A stretch of DNA of 33,624 nucleotides, from positions 1 to 33,624 of the IMG/VR virus record IMGVR_UViG_2531839474_000013; one strand, written 5' to 3'. Origin of the DNA: a virus. Taxonomy: Duplodnaviria > Heunggongvirae > Uroviricota > Caudoviricetes. Of this stretch, positions 1-9,327 are shown piece after piece; the stretch's first letter is position 1; each line of letters opens with the position of its first letter. A program made the position numbers and the translations under genes. The notes beneath the pieces are model-generated. The model was not told where the DNA came from. It was given only the letters and a program-made list of their open reading frames with translations, and did not search any database.

Positions 1-492
1 CGGAAAAACAGCGCCATCCGTTTCCGTCGGCGTGGACAGTACAAAGGAGGCACTCACCGCGCTCAGTTCGCTGCACTGCTCGATGCGCCAGCGGCTGATC
101 ACCTCCTGCTCCGGATCGGCGTCACTGTTTCCGTTGACGAAGTTCACCGCATCCAGAAAACGGGCGTAAACCTTACGCCGGACCACCGTTCCGCCGACCA
201 GACTCTGCAGATCTTCCGCCATCCCTGTGACCATGCCGTGCATATTAGAGACTTTCAGCGTTGGCCTTGCACTGGCTCCTTTGCCGTTCATCTCAAATCC
301 ACTTCCCTGAATGGGATAGGCCTGATACTGCCGCCCCTGCCAGGTGACTGCTTCACCTTTTTCGTTCTGCTCATTACAGAAGAAATAACGATCTCCGCCG
401 ACCTCTGTCAGATCAATTTCCCAGAGCACGACCAGCGCGGATTGCTCCGTTTTAGTGCACTCATTGAGTGTTTCCTGCTGTATATCCTGCAT
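1..492 (-). CDS. L: minor tail protein L (lambda gpL-like), partial; 3' end lies beyond the window
   Basis: Minus-strand ATG at 492 overlaps the stop of the M-like gene (TGATG). Translation starts MQDIQQETLNECTKTEQSALVVLWEIDLTEVGG..., near-identical to my memory of lambda gpL. The frame stays open to position 1, so the ORF track does not list it. Confidence 0.85.
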   Translation of the reverse strand, partial: MQDIQQETLNECTKTEQSALVVLWEIDLTEVGGDRYFFCNEQNEKGEAVTWQGRQYQAYPIQGSGFEMNGKGASARPTLKVSNMHGMVTGMAEDLQSLVGGTVVRRKVYARFLDAVNFVNGNSDADPEQEVISRWRIEQCSELSAVSASFVLSTPTETDGAVFP

Positions 493-833
493 CAGTGAGT
501 GACCTCTTCAAAGGTACAGTTAAAATCGGTATACATGGCATTATCCGAAATGCTCCACTCCCTGCAGACAACCCGGACAGTCCTGTTGTGTTTTGGCGGA
601 CGCCACAAAAAAGCACGAATCCCGGCATGACGGGATAAAAAACTGTCCAGCGCGGCACGGGAATATTCATCTGTGACACGAAATACCGGTTTAAACGTTT
701 TCAGATCCGCATTCAGACCACCAGCCCGTCGCTGTTCATATCCGTCACCGAACTTTACCGTAATAACAGATGGCTTTCGTGTCGTCTCCATCCCCTCGCG
801 GGGGATCCAGTTAAAAACTTCAGACTCAGGCAC
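492..833 (-). CDS. M: minor tail protein M (lambda gpM-like)
   Basis: VKFGDGYEQRRAGGLNADLKTF and FLWRPP motifs match lambda gpM. I place the start at GTG 833 (GGAGGA 7 nt upstream, overlapping the tape-measure stop), not at the track's TTG 878 or the internal ATG 791. Confidence 0.8.
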   Translation of the reverse strand: MPESEVFNWIPREGMETTRKPSVITVKFGDGYEQRRAGGLNADLKTFKPVFRVTDEYSRAALDSFLSRHAGIRAFLWRPPKHNRTVRVVCREWSISDNAMYTDFNCTFEEVTH

Positions 834-3800
834 TGCATAATCCTCCGTCCCGACGTGATGACTGCATAATTGACACAACCCTGCTGTCGATCAGTTCCAC
901 CAGCCCCCTGGCTGACTGCGTATCTATCTCGCCATTGCTCCCTTTATTCTGAATACTGATGTGATACACGGGAGAATAAACAAATCCCCCGCCACCATTC
1001 ACATTGCCAATGGCTCTGACTCCAAGAGAGCCGTCCGCTGCCCGGGTCAGTGGCATGATAGCTTCAGGCCCTGCCTCGCCCATCAGCCCGGCACCTTTCG
1101 CAAAAGCAAAATACGTCGGGGTATCCACAATGGTGTTACTGTAAGCACTCAGATTTGCCGATGTATAAACACCACCTTTTGCGTTTGCCACTGCACCGGA
1201 AAGCCAGTCGCCGACCGTACCAAGCCATCCTCCGGCACCGGACATGCTTTTGGAAAGTGACTTCAGCCCGTTAACGATGGCAGCGTTCATCAGAATTTTT
1301 GAAACTTCCTGGAGAATTGAACTCCCCCAGTTTCTCCAGTCCACAACATTTCCGGCCAGTGCATCGGAAATATTTGATACCAGCCCGTCCATAGTGGAAA
1401 CGACAGCATCTGCCGCCTGCGAAGCATAATCAGTGGCACTGTCTGCCCAGTTCGTCAGCCCCTCCTGGAGTCCGGCATTCCAGTTACTGCGTAAAGCATC
1501 GGCCTTTGCATAATAATCCTGCTGATCGCTGAGACGCTCTTCCAGATACTTTTCATTCAGCGATTTTTCCTGTTTCCACAGGGCTTCTTCAATTTCTCCG
1601 GCCTGATACTGTCTCAGCAGCTCGTTATTTTTCTGCTCAAACGCCTGCCGGATACTCCACATTTCCTGGAGTCGTTCACGCATCCGTGAGCCTTCACCAT
1701 ATCCCAGCAACTGCGCATCGTTAGACGCCCGGGCACTGGCATTACTGTCCGCCAGGCTGCTTTCATAAGCAGCAAGCTGCTCACGAATCTTTTTCTGGTC
1801 AATGAGTGCCGCATTCTGTAAAAGCGTTTTTTTCTGCGCTTCTGACAGAGTTGATAATTCGCCCTGACTGACCTGATATTTCACCCTGGCCAGTTCAGTA
1901 TTCTGCCCTGCCAGTGCTATTTGTTCTTTTTGCTGTTTAATCAGCCGTTTATAAATATCTTCTGTTTTTTCCGCTTCGGTCTTTTTATGTGTTTTAGGTT
2001 TATTTGCCTGGTTATTTCGCCAGGCATCCAGTGAGTTATTGATATAATTCTGTCTGGCTGCCTGATACGCCTCTCCCACAAAGCCGAGATCATCCGCAGC
2101 ATAACCCAGGCGGGCACGCTCACGGGCTTCCCCCTTCAGGCGGGACAGAGCCAGTTCACGCTCGCTATTATTCAGCGCAGTCTGCTGTTTATCATCCAGA
2201 ATGGCCTGTGGCAGCCGTAATGGTACATTCACCAGCCCCTGACGCTGCTGAAGTAACTCATTACCAAGCCCGAGAAGACGATTAAACTCGGTATGCTGCC
2301 CATTCATGATCAACAGGGACTGATACGCTTTGTTTTGTTCTGCCGCCTGTTGACGGATTAACGCCACCCGTCGCTCCTCCAGCCCGGCAAGCACATCCTG
2401 AATGGATTGCGCTTTGCCCTGCATTTGAGTGAGGCGAGACTGTTCAACTGCCAGTTGATTTGTTGCTTCTGCAAGCCCTTCTGTGACAGTTTTTACCGAC
2501 GTCATGTGGTTAATCATAAAACCGTTATCGGTTGTCCAGCCCGGGTTTGCCAGCACATACTGATAGCCAGCAATTTTTTCCTGTAAGGATTTGATCTTAC
2601 TTTTCTGCTCGTCAATTAACCTGTTTTGCTCATCAAGTGCCTGCCGCGTCTTTTCCTCATTATCTGACGTTTCAGGAAGCGACATTGCCGACGTTTTCTG
2701 GCGAATTTCGTCGATTGTTGCGGCATACTGGCGTGCAGATTCTCTGGCCTGCTCCTGATTCTGATACATCGTGTACCAGGCCGTAGCCCCCAGCATGACA
2801 AGCCCCGGCACACCACCAACCAGCCCCAGTGCCCCACTTAACAGACGACTCCCCACTGACGTGACATTATTCAGCGTTGTCTGTGCTGCTGTTCTGGCCG
2901 CAATATTACGGGTAAGTGACGCCTGGGCAGCAGCCAGTTTCGATTCTGCGGCTGCCTGCCTTTCGGTACCGCGAGCAGCAGCAACCGCCTGTTGCGCACG
3001 ATAAACCGCCGCACGCGCCCTGGCTGTTGCTATCTGCGTCCCCCGGAGCTGCGCTTCCGCAAGAGCCACTTCGTTTCTGGCTGCAGTAATTAATCCGGCA
3101 GTTGCAGATCCAGCAGAAGACGCCATATTGCCAAAATATCGGGCTACCCCGACGGCAACCAGAGCACCGGCAGCGGTTGCCACGGTGTCAATATTGCCTG
3201 CAAGACCATTCAGCACCCCGGAGAGCGTCTTCGTCACTCCGCTTGCCTCGTTCGCACCACCAACCCAGGCCATAAAGGCGTTTTCAACTTTGGTTGCAGA
3301 GGATGAAACCGTATCAGGCATTGCTGCATATTCATCACGCAACGCCCCAAGCTGACTAATCAGTGCAGGAACAACCTTATCGGCGGTCAGTTTTCCGTTA
3401 TCCGCCATGGCCTTCAGATCCTTACGGGCAACGCCCATTCCCGCGGCCAGCGCACGAATAACACGATCACCGCTCTCATTCACGGCGTTAAATTCTTCAC
3501 CGCGCAGCACTCCCTGCGCCAGTGCCTGGCTGAACTGCGTGATCACCGAACTGGCTTCTGCTGTACTGGCACCGGATAATTTCAGGCCCGTGGAGATCGC
3601 CTCGGTGACTTTCAGTACCTCCTCAGAACTGTAGCCATACTCCCGCATGGAAGCTGCAGAGCGGGCAAAAAGGCTGGCGTTATCAGAAAACGCCGTTCCC
3701 GTTCTCTGGCTGATTGCCATTAATTCACGTTGTGATACCTGAAAATCATCACTGGACTGTGAAGCCTGCTTCAGACGGGCATTTACTGAATTCCACTCAT

Positions 3801-4065
3801 CGGCGAGAGAAATAAGATGACCGGTAGCAAAAGCTCCGGCAAATGCCCCCGCCATATTCAGTGCCGAAGATTTAGCTGTATTTATCTGATCCGTCACTTC
3901 TGCCAGTGCACGCCGCATTTCACGGGATGCAGCAGCGGACTGCCGGCCTCCGTTCTGCATGGTACGGTAGTAATCCTGCCCCATACGCGAAGCCCGGGCG
4001 ATCTCTGACTGGAATGACCGGGAGTTTGCCGAGATTTTAATAATCAGTTCACGTAATGTCGCCAT
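826..4065 (-). CDS. tail tape measure protein
   Basis: 1079-aa largely helical, Ala/Gln-rich protein lying between the G/T chaperone genes and gpM/gpL, the canonical tape-measure position. Confidence 0.9.
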   Translation of the reverse strand: MATLRELIIKISANSRSFQSEIARASRMGQDYYRTMQNGGRQSAAASREMRRALAEVTDQINTAKSSALNMAGAFAGAFATGHLISLADEWNSVNARLKQASQSSDDFQVSQRELMAISQRTGTAFSDNASLFARSAASMREYGYSSEEVLKVTEAISTGLKLSGASTAEASSVITQFSQALAQGVLRGEEFNAVNESGDRVIRALAAGMGVARKDLKAMADNGKLTADKVVPALISQLGALRDEYAAMPDTVSSSATKVENAFMAWVGGANEASGVTKTLSGVLNGLAGNIDTVATAAGALVAVGVARYFGNMASSAGSATAGLITAARNEVALAEAQLRGTQIATARARAAVYRAQQAVAAARGTERQAAAESKLAAAQASLTRNIAARTAAQTTLNNVTSVGSRLLSGALGLVGGVPGLVMLGATAWYTMYQNQEQARESARQYAATIDEIRQKTSAMSLPETSDNEEKTRQALDEQNRLIDEQKSKIKSLQEKIAGYQYVLANPGWTTDNGFMINHMTSVKTVTEGLAEATNQLAVEQSRLTQMQGKAQSIQDVLAGLEERRVALIRQQAAEQNKAYQSLLIMNGQHTEFNRLLGLGNELLQQRQGLVNVPLRLPQAILDDKQQTALNNSERELALSRLKGEARERARLGYAADDLGFVGEAYQAARQNYINNSLDAWRNNQANKPKTHKKTEAEKTEDIYKRLIKQQKEQIALAGQNTELARVKYQVSQGELSTLSEAQKKTLLQNAALIDQKKIREQLAAYESSLADSNASARASNDAQLLGYGEGSRMRERLQEMWSIRQAFEQKNNELLRQYQAGEIEEALWKQEKSLNEKYLEERLSDQQDYYAKADALRSNWNAGLQEGLTNWADSATDYASQAADAVVSTMDGLVSNISDALAGNVVDWRNWGSSILQEVSKILMNAAIVNGLKSLSKSMSGAGGWLGTVGDWLSGAVANAKGGVYTSANLSAYSNTIVDTPTYFAFAKGAGLMGEAGPEAIMPLTRAADGSLGVRAIGNVNGGGGFVYSPVYHISIQNKGSNGEIDTQSARGLVELIDSRVVSIMQSSRRDGGLCSA

Positions 4066-4078
4066 TTACTTTAACCCA

Positions 4079-4106
4079 TAAAAAAACCGCTTCTGCGGTT
4101 TTTTAA
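4079..4106. terminator. bidirectional intrinsic terminator-like hairpin between the moron and the tape measure gene
   Basis: AAAAAAACCGCTTCTGCGGTTTTTT: a 6-bp GC-containing stem flanked by an A-run and a T-run. Confidence 0.6.
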
Positions 4107-4114
4107 GATGATAA

Positions 4115-4456
4115 TTATTGGCAAAACAACTTATATTTTTCCATACCGCCCGGGTCATGGTCATTAACAATTGTTACAGTTCCATGACTCTTAACTTTTC
4201 CGTCCACAACTTCCAAATAAACAAAATATGGTTTCTTCCCTGTATATCCACCAAACGTGTTTTTTGAATTGACATCTCCACAAACATAGCCATATAAATC
4301 ACCTGACTTATGGAAAAAAGAATTAAACTTTGCACTATCAGGATCAATAAGTTTATCTTTAACTAAGTCTTCCCCTAAAGAAATAACATAATTATCTGAT
4401 GGTTTACATGCACTAATAAAGAATATACAAGCCAATGTCACCACTAAATTTCTCAT
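4115..4456 (-). CDS. putative lipoprotein encoded by an AT-rich moron
   Basis: 113 aa. N-terminus MRNLVVTLACIFFISAC has a signal peptide and lipobox (ISAC). AGGAGG lies 7 nt upstream of the ATG. The segment is visibly AT-rich relative to the flanking tail genes. Confidence 0.7.
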   Translation of the reverse strand: MRNLVVTLACIFFISACKPSDNYVISLGEDLVKDKLIDPDSAKFNSFFHKSGDLYGYVCGDVNSKNTFGGYTGKKPYFVYLEVVDGKVKSHGTVTIVNDHDPGGMEKYKLFCQ

Positions 4457-4514
4457 AATTAACCCTCCTGAGTTTGAATAATATATTCAATTTCAAAACG
4501 ATTAATAAATTATC

Positions 4515-4826
4515 TTATAATGAAGACATTAGAGCAACCTCTAATCCAATAAATGGATCATCGCATTTATTTTCTTCAGAATCTTGCCCCCACTGAAGAA
4601 GCGCATCATTCAGTGGTACTTTGACCCCCTGCGCACCGTAAACCGCAGAAACTATCTGGGCAGCCCGGATATCAGCCCGTTCGTCCCCCAGCGGGCTGAA
4701 CCTGTCAAATTCTGCCCACATCATGATTTCTGATGCGGACATTTCCCGGCGTAACTCTGACAATGTGCGCCCCATCCTGAGCGCCAGCATCATCAGAAAA
4801 CGCATCCCCGGAAGCGCTACTTTTTT
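4515..4826 (-). CDS. tail assembly chaperone T-frame segment, expressed as a G-T fusion by -1 frameshift
   Basis: The ORF is in the -1 frame relative to the upstream chaperone gene and stays open from the slippery site A AAA AAG (4820..4826) through the track's ATG at 4805. Confidence 0.65.
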   Translation of the reverse strand, partial: KKVALPGMRFLMMLALRMGRTLSELRREMSASEIMMWAEFDRFSPLGDERADIRAAQIVSAVYGAQGVKVPLNDALLQWGQDSEENKCDDPFIGLEVALMSSL

Positions 4827-5203
4827 TTAACCTCGCCGGCATCACTGATCAGTTCCAGAGACTGCCGAAGAAGCCGCGCATGCACCGGGCCATACACGGC
4901 AATCACCTGTTCACGATCATCCTCTGAAAATACAGGTTGCAGTCCGGTATCACACAGAACATCAATGAACAGTTCAACATCTGCCTCCAGATTTCGGCGG
5001 GCGCGCTCCGCAACGGATAACGGTGTCTCATCATCTTTTGCTTTAACGATCTCCTGCCAGCGCAACCAGGCTTCTGCAGAAGGTTCCCGTAATACAACCG
5101 TTGCCCCTTCCCATTCAGGCACATCAACAGTTTTATGGCGAAACCCCGACATCGTTGCCAGTGCCAGATTACGGATATTTTTAGTCATCACATCTATCCT
5201 CAT
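4817..5203 (-). CDS. tail assembly chaperone (gpG-like)
   Basis: 128-aa acidic protein directly upstream of the tape measure region; ends ...EVKKK* on the slippery heptamer. Confidence 0.7.
   Translation of the reverse strand: MRIDVMTKNIRNLALATMSGFRHKTVDVPEWEGATVVLREPSAEAWLRWQEIVKAKDDETPLSVAERARRNLEADVELFIDVLCDTGLQPVFSEDDREQVIAVYGPVHARLLRQSLELISDAGEVKKK
4820..4826 (-). promoter_or_regulatory. programmed -1 ribosomal frameshift slippery heptamer (A AAA AAG)
   Basis: Minus-strand GTT AAA AAA AAG TAG at the end of the G-like ORF; the -1 frame continues into the T ORF without a stop. Confidence 0.6.
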
Positions 5204-5907
5204 TAACTGACGGTAACAGTGCAGGAAGTGGAGGTCACCTTGTTAACAGGGCTTGCTGAATCAGAAATCTCGCAGGTATACGCACCGGCATCACCGGATG
5301 CTGCTGATGCCTTACTGAACGTTGCCGCCGTCTGTCCGGAAACAGGAGAACCACCTTTCTTCCAGACATAAGAATAAGGCGGCACACCACCGGCAGCCTC
5401 AACCACCATTTCGAGTTTCGCTCCGGCAGAAACCTGCAGCGTGCTGTTTAAATCGACCTTCACTTTCAGCGGCTCTGTCGTCAGTACAGGTTTACCTTTC
5501 AGGCGCAGGGAAAACGTTGCAGCCACAACACCATTGGTTCCTGCAGACCAGGTATGCTGACGCACCTCTGCCATAAAGGTAAATCCGTTGCCTGACGGAA
5601 AAATAACTTTAAAGCCATACGTGGTGTCATTGTCATAGGCACTGCGCAACGCGTTCTGGGCAGCATTCAGATAAAAGTTGCCTGACATGGAAATCTCTGA
5701 CGCGGCACCAAGACCGTTAATATTTTCCTGCTCAACAGAACACAGCGTGGTGACATCAATATCCTGTTTCTGCCCGGCGGTAAACTGAACCTCTTTAATC
5801 GTACAGCTCAGTTCAAGAAAACTGGCAGAACTCAGCGTTTCTGCCGTTACCGGTGCAGACGAGATCATGACTTTGGTCTGCTGAGAACGTTCAAAATTAG
5901 AGGACAT
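5203..5907 (-). CDS. major tail protein with C-terminal Ig-like domain
   Basis: 234 aa, positioned between the head-tail joining genes and the G/T chaperones; Thr/Ser-rich beta-type C-terminus; AGGAGA ribosome-binding site. Confidence 0.75.
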   Translation of the reverse strand: MSSNFERSQQTKVMISSAPVTAETLSSASFLELSCTIKEVQFTAGQKQDIDVTTLCSVEQENINGLGAASEISMSGNFYLNAAQNALRSAYDNDTTYGFKVIFPSGNGFTFMAEVRQHTWSAGTNGVVAATFSLRLKGKPVLTTEPLKVKVDLNSTLQVSAGAKLEMVVEAAGGVPPYSYVWKKGGSPVSGQTAATFSKASAASGDAGAYTCEISDSASPVNKVTSTSCTVTVS

Positions 5908-5923
5908 ACTCGTCTCCTGAAAA

Positions 5924-5947
5924 TAAAAAAACCCGCCAGCGGCGGGT
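5924..5947 (-). terminator. terminator-like hairpin upstream of the major tail gene
   Basis: Minus strand CCCGCCGCTGGCGGG followed by TTTTTTT, about 17 nt before the major tail ribosome-binding site. Confidence 0.4.
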
Positions 5948-5967
5948 GGGTAAAATCATTAACGATC

Positions 5968-6312
5968 TCAGGCTATTACCTGAAATTCAAGCGTGGCTCT
6001 GCTCAGACGGGAATCAGGATCATAACCCTGCGTTTTAGAAATAACGGAGGGTGCCAGTTGCCTTACCGCATCAAGCGCCTGCTCACGGATATCATCTGCG
6101 TCATCAGGTACTGTCGCCCAGACATCGATCTGCACGGTAATTCTTGATTCAGCCTGACCATCAAGCACATCAGATGCCGTGTCAGAGACCACAGAAAATA
6201 CCAGCCATGGCGGAGATACCGCAGGCTTTCCCTCCGTCAGCGGGACCACATAAGGATAAACCTGTCCTCCGGCCAGTTTAGACAGCAGGGAATACAGTGT
6301 GGTCTCTCTCAT
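5968..6312 (-). CDS. tail completion / terminator-type protein
   Basis: 114 aa at the synteny position between the HK97 gp10-like gene and the major tail gene. Confidence 0.5.
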   Translation of the reverse strand: MRETTLYSLLSKLAGGQVYPYVVPLTEGKPAVSPPWLVFSVVSDTASDVLDGQAESRITVQIDVWATVPDDADDIREQALDAVRQLAPSVISKTQGYDPDSRLSRATLEFQVIA

Positions 6313-6758
6313 TTACTTAAGACCTCATCAATAGCCTGATTCATTCGCTGTATGGCAATCTGTGCTGCCAGTTCCTCTGTCGTATCGAAAGCCGGGCGAA
6401 TGAACGGATGCGCGGGCATGTTTATCGTTCCCAGCTCCACAAAGCGCCAGTAAAACGCATTTCGGGGATCGCTGGCTTTCATGCTGTTATCACTGTTTCC
6501 GGTTCGCAGGTTACGTCCGCGAATGTGGACACCCGAGATAATTTCCCCCCGACGCTTTGAACGCTGAGTGAGAACAACCACATTTTTCTTCAGTTTCCCG
6601 GTTCGCTCCGGCGCACGTTCAACAACTGCATCCCGCATAGCTTCAGCACCGGCACGGGTGGCATCGCGCAGAACCTTATTGTTTTCTGCCCTGCTGAGCG
6701 TCTCCAGATCCCGTGCAATATCCGCCAGACCTGAAAAATCAAGACTGAAATCCATCAC
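6309..6758 (-). CDS. HK97 gp10-family head-tail joining protein
   Basis: 149 aa; position and sequence character match this family; 4-nt overlaps with both neighbours. Confidence 0.65.
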   Translation of the reverse strand: MMDFSLDFSGLADIARDLETLSRAENNKVLRDATRAGAEAMRDAVVERAPERTGKLKKNVVVLTQRSKRRGEIISGVHIRGRNLRTGNSDNSMKASDPRNAFYWRFVELGTINMPAHPFIRPAFDTTEELAAQIAIQRMNQAIDEVLSK

Positions 6759-7093
6759 ACATTCCCCTTCTGAGAACAGAGTATCTCAAGCCGGGTGGCA
6801 CGGGCATCCGGTATCGGCGGACCGTCTATACTCAGAATCGCGCCTTTGAATGCACCGGTCAGCACTTTCAGACGTGAAGTCGCTGTCACATCGCGCCGGA
6901 ATCTCGTCCAGACTCTGACCGTAGCCTGAGCGGTTTCTGCTCCGCCTGAGATTCTCTCCCTCCCGCTGATACCCTTAACTTCTGCCCATACGGTAGCTCC
7001 CTCCGTCACCGTCTCCACCGGATGCCCTGACGGAGAACGGGCGGTGGTGACATTCAGAATAGTTACGCGATCACGTAATCTGCCCGCCTGCAT
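6755..7093 (-). CDS. head-tail adaptor / head closure protein
   Basis: 112 aa at the synteny position downstream of the connector gene; translationally coupled. Confidence 0.55.
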   Translation of the reverse strand: MQAGRLRDRVTILNVTTARSPSGHPVETVTEGATVWAEVKGISGRERISGGAETAQATVRVWTRFRRDVTATSRLKVLTGAFKGAILSIDGPPIPDARATRLEILCSQKGNV

Positions 7094-7101
7094 GGTTCCT
7101 C

Positions 7102-7419
7102 CTACAAAGGAATAAAACGATAAGGCTCCAGCAGAGAAGAAAAACCAAACGGGACTGGTGCCTTACTGACATCTGAGGAATTTTCCCGGTTTTCGTACCA
7201 GTGCCCGACCAGCAACATGAGCGCCAGCAAAACATCATCAGCTATAAGCACCCCTTCAGGATCACTCTCTGGCACCGTCTCCTCATAAAGCTTACGGTTG
7301 ATAAAATTTTCTGCCTTGCGGCAGGCAGCCCGGAAATACAGCATCAGTAACTCATCATCAGTTGCATCATCTGTATCAATACGGCACTGCGCCCTGAGTT
7401 TTTCCACTATTGCTGCCAT
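7102..7419 (-). CDS. head-tail connector protein (gp6-like)
   Basis: Start placed at ATG 7419 (AGGAG 7 nt upstream), giving 105 aa. The track's longer form would run through the terminator that follows the capsid gene. Confidence 0.6.
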   Translation of the reverse strand: MAAIVEKLRAQCRIDTDDATDDELLMLYFRAACRKAENFINRKLYEETVPESDPEGVLIADDVLLALMLLVGHWYENRENSSDVSKAPVPFGFSSLLEPYRFIPL

Positions 7420-7441
7420 CAGAAACTCCTGCCCGCAACAC

Positions 7442-7465
7442 TGTGCGGGCATAAAAAAACCGCGT
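7442..7465 (-). terminator. intrinsic terminator after the major capsid gene
   Basis: Minus strand ACCGCGCCGACGCGGT followed by TTTTTTT immediately after the capsid stop. Confidence 0.6.
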
Positions 7466-7495
7466 CGGCGCGGTCTGTAACTGAACAACGAGTGG

Positions 7496-8713
7496 TTATT
7501 TGCCAGTGAGCGCCTTGATGGCTGCCACATCTTCCAGCACACAGTCAAAACGATGGAAAGCCAGAAATGCCACCTGATCAAACTCAGCATAACGCTCAAC
7601 CAGACGTTTCAGTTCCATATAAGTAACGCGGCGAATGATAAAGCGGTTGAAATCCCCCAGGAAAATGAATTTTTTTCCGGTACCAATCCCGTCAATAGCC
7701 TGATCAATAACATAAGGGATCCCCAGCACAGTAGCCGGCGTACCGCCTGCAATATCCGGCAGCCATAACGGGCGTTTCTGCCCATCCTCCATCTCTTCAA
7801 TAGTCTGCAATGTGGCATCATTGAATGCCCAGCGGTATTTCGGCCCACCACGATATGCCGGATCAATGGCATGTTTCAGGGCATTCATTTCTTTCCAGGT
7901 GAAAGCGGCAGAGGCTGCAGTCTGGATGGTTCCCGTCACCGACGCTGCCAGCCCTTTTGGCTGTAACGGTGATCCCGTTCCGGTCCCCTGAACCAGATAT
8001 TTTGCCTCTCCACGACCAATACGCTGGGCAATACGGTTTGCCAGATAAGATTCAATATCCACCCCACTATCCTGGAGCAGCTCATTGGACACACGAATTA
8101 TTTTTGATGACAGCTTTTTAGCCCCCAGAATAGCGGTCCCGAACGTCACATCTTGTTCCGTTGCGGCTGTATTTTCCGCCAGCAGTTCGCCCTCTTCAGT
8201 CGTGCCATCAGACGTTGACCAGGTGATATCCTGCCCGGTTGATGTGGTCAGAAGTTGCGCCACACTGGCAATCCCGCCATAAGCCTTCATGGTGTCAATG
8301 ATTTTGTTACGCATCTGCGTGGGCACCGTATATCCGCCCTGAGAATCCGTTGTTACACTCTGAGCCCGCAGTTCACGCATCAGATTACGCTCTTCAGCAT
8401 TCAGTTCTGCAAATCCGGCACGCAGAAAACGGTTAAATGCCGCAGCGCGCTTCTCTTCCACCGCCTTTTTCCCGTTCTCCGCCTCATTATTCTGGCGCTC
8501 TTCCGGCCCGGACTCATCCACATATGCCTGATCCTGACGGCGCAACTCTTCTTCACGGGCGATTTGCTCATCCAGCGCATCCAGCTCAGCTTTCGCCCTG
8601 TTCCACTCTGCCCGTTGCTCATCAGTCCATGCGTTATCACCAATTTTTTCATGCAGTGCACGCATATCCTTTGCAATGGTGTTTCGTTTTTGCTTCATCT
8701 CATGAAGTTTCAT
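7496..8713 (-). CDS. major capsid protein, HK97 family
   Basis: 405 aa with a coiled-coil N-terminal delta-like segment and an HK97-fold-like C-terminal region; follows the protease gene. Confidence 0.9.
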   Translation of the reverse strand: MKLHEMKQKRNTIAKDMRALHEKIGDNAWTDEQRAEWNRAKAELDALDEQIAREEELRRQDQAYVDESGPEERQNNEAENGKKAVEEKRAAAFNRFLRAGFAELNAEERNLMRELRAQSVTTDSQGGYTVPTQMRNKIIDTMKAYGGIASVAQLLTTSTGQDITWSTSDGTTEEGELLAENTAATEQDVTFGTAILGAKKLSSKIIRVSNELLQDSGVDIESYLANRIAQRIGRGEAKYLVQGTGTGSPLQPKGLAASVTGTIQTAASAAFTWKEMNALKHAIDPAYRGGPKYRWAFNDATLQTIEEMEDGQKRPLWLPDIAGGTPATVLGIPYVIDQAIDGIGTGKKFIFLGDFNRFIIRRVTYMELKRLVERYAEFDQVAFLAFHRFDCVLEDVAAIKALTGK

Positions 8714-8727
8714 CGTCAGTAGTATCC

Positions 8728-9327
8728 TTATGCATTAAGAAGGGTCAAAAGACGCTCACGCGCCATTCGTTCGTTAACAGCTTTCTTCAGCGCACCACTC
8801 GCCCGCGCTTCCTGCCAGGCTTTCATTGAGCGGACACCAGAGTCTGCGTCCTGATAGGCCGGATATGTCACCGGGCTGACGTCATACAGACGAGAAATGC
8901 GCGTGATTTCCCGGATAACAATCCCCTCGTCGTCTTCATACCAGCTCTCTCCATCACGGGCGACGCGAAACGCGAACGAGGACTGATTAATGTCACCACG
9001 CAACATTGGTGACAGCACCAGGTCACAAATCGTCGGCGTATCCGGTGCAACAATGTCATAACGCAAACCACGTTCATCCACTGATAATGACAACGTGCCG
9101 GCAGAACTTCGTCCGAGAATGAAATTAGGATCATGATTAAACAAGCCACGTACATCATCATTCAGCACGTCGTCAAAAGCCCCCGGCTTGATGATTTCAC
9201 GAAATCCCCACAGAGGTTCTGAACGACTGTTAAATACCGAGCCATACCCCAAAATATGAGTCGGGGCATTATCATATTGTTCTGCCCGCACTTCCCCGCA
9301 GTAACAGCGCGTTTCACGGTCATTCAT
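8728..9327 (-). CDS. prohead protease, HK97 family
   Basis: Start placed at ATG 9327 (AGAGGAAAAG upstream) overlapping the portal stop; sits between portal and capsid. Confidence 0.8.
   Translation of the reverse strand: MNDRETRCYCGEVRAEQYDNAPTHILGYGSVFNSRSEPLWGFREIIKPGAFDDVLNDDVRGLFNHDPNFILGRSSAGTLSLSVDERGLRYDIVAPDTPTICDLVLSPMLRGDINQSSFAFRVARDGESWYEDDEGIVIREITRISRLYDVSPVTYPAYQDADSGVRSMKAWQEARASGALKKAVNERMARERLLTLLNA

Noticed and set aside
238-498. 86-aa plus-strand ORF
   Set aside because: Antisense to the gpL-like gene, whose translation matches lambda L closely; shadow ORF.
461-679. 72-aa minus-strand ORF
   Set aside because: Out of frame and overlapping the M/L genes; no independent support.
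8255-8829. Plus-strand ORFs of 155 and 130 aa
   Set aside because: Antisense to the major capsid and protease genes; low-complexity translations.
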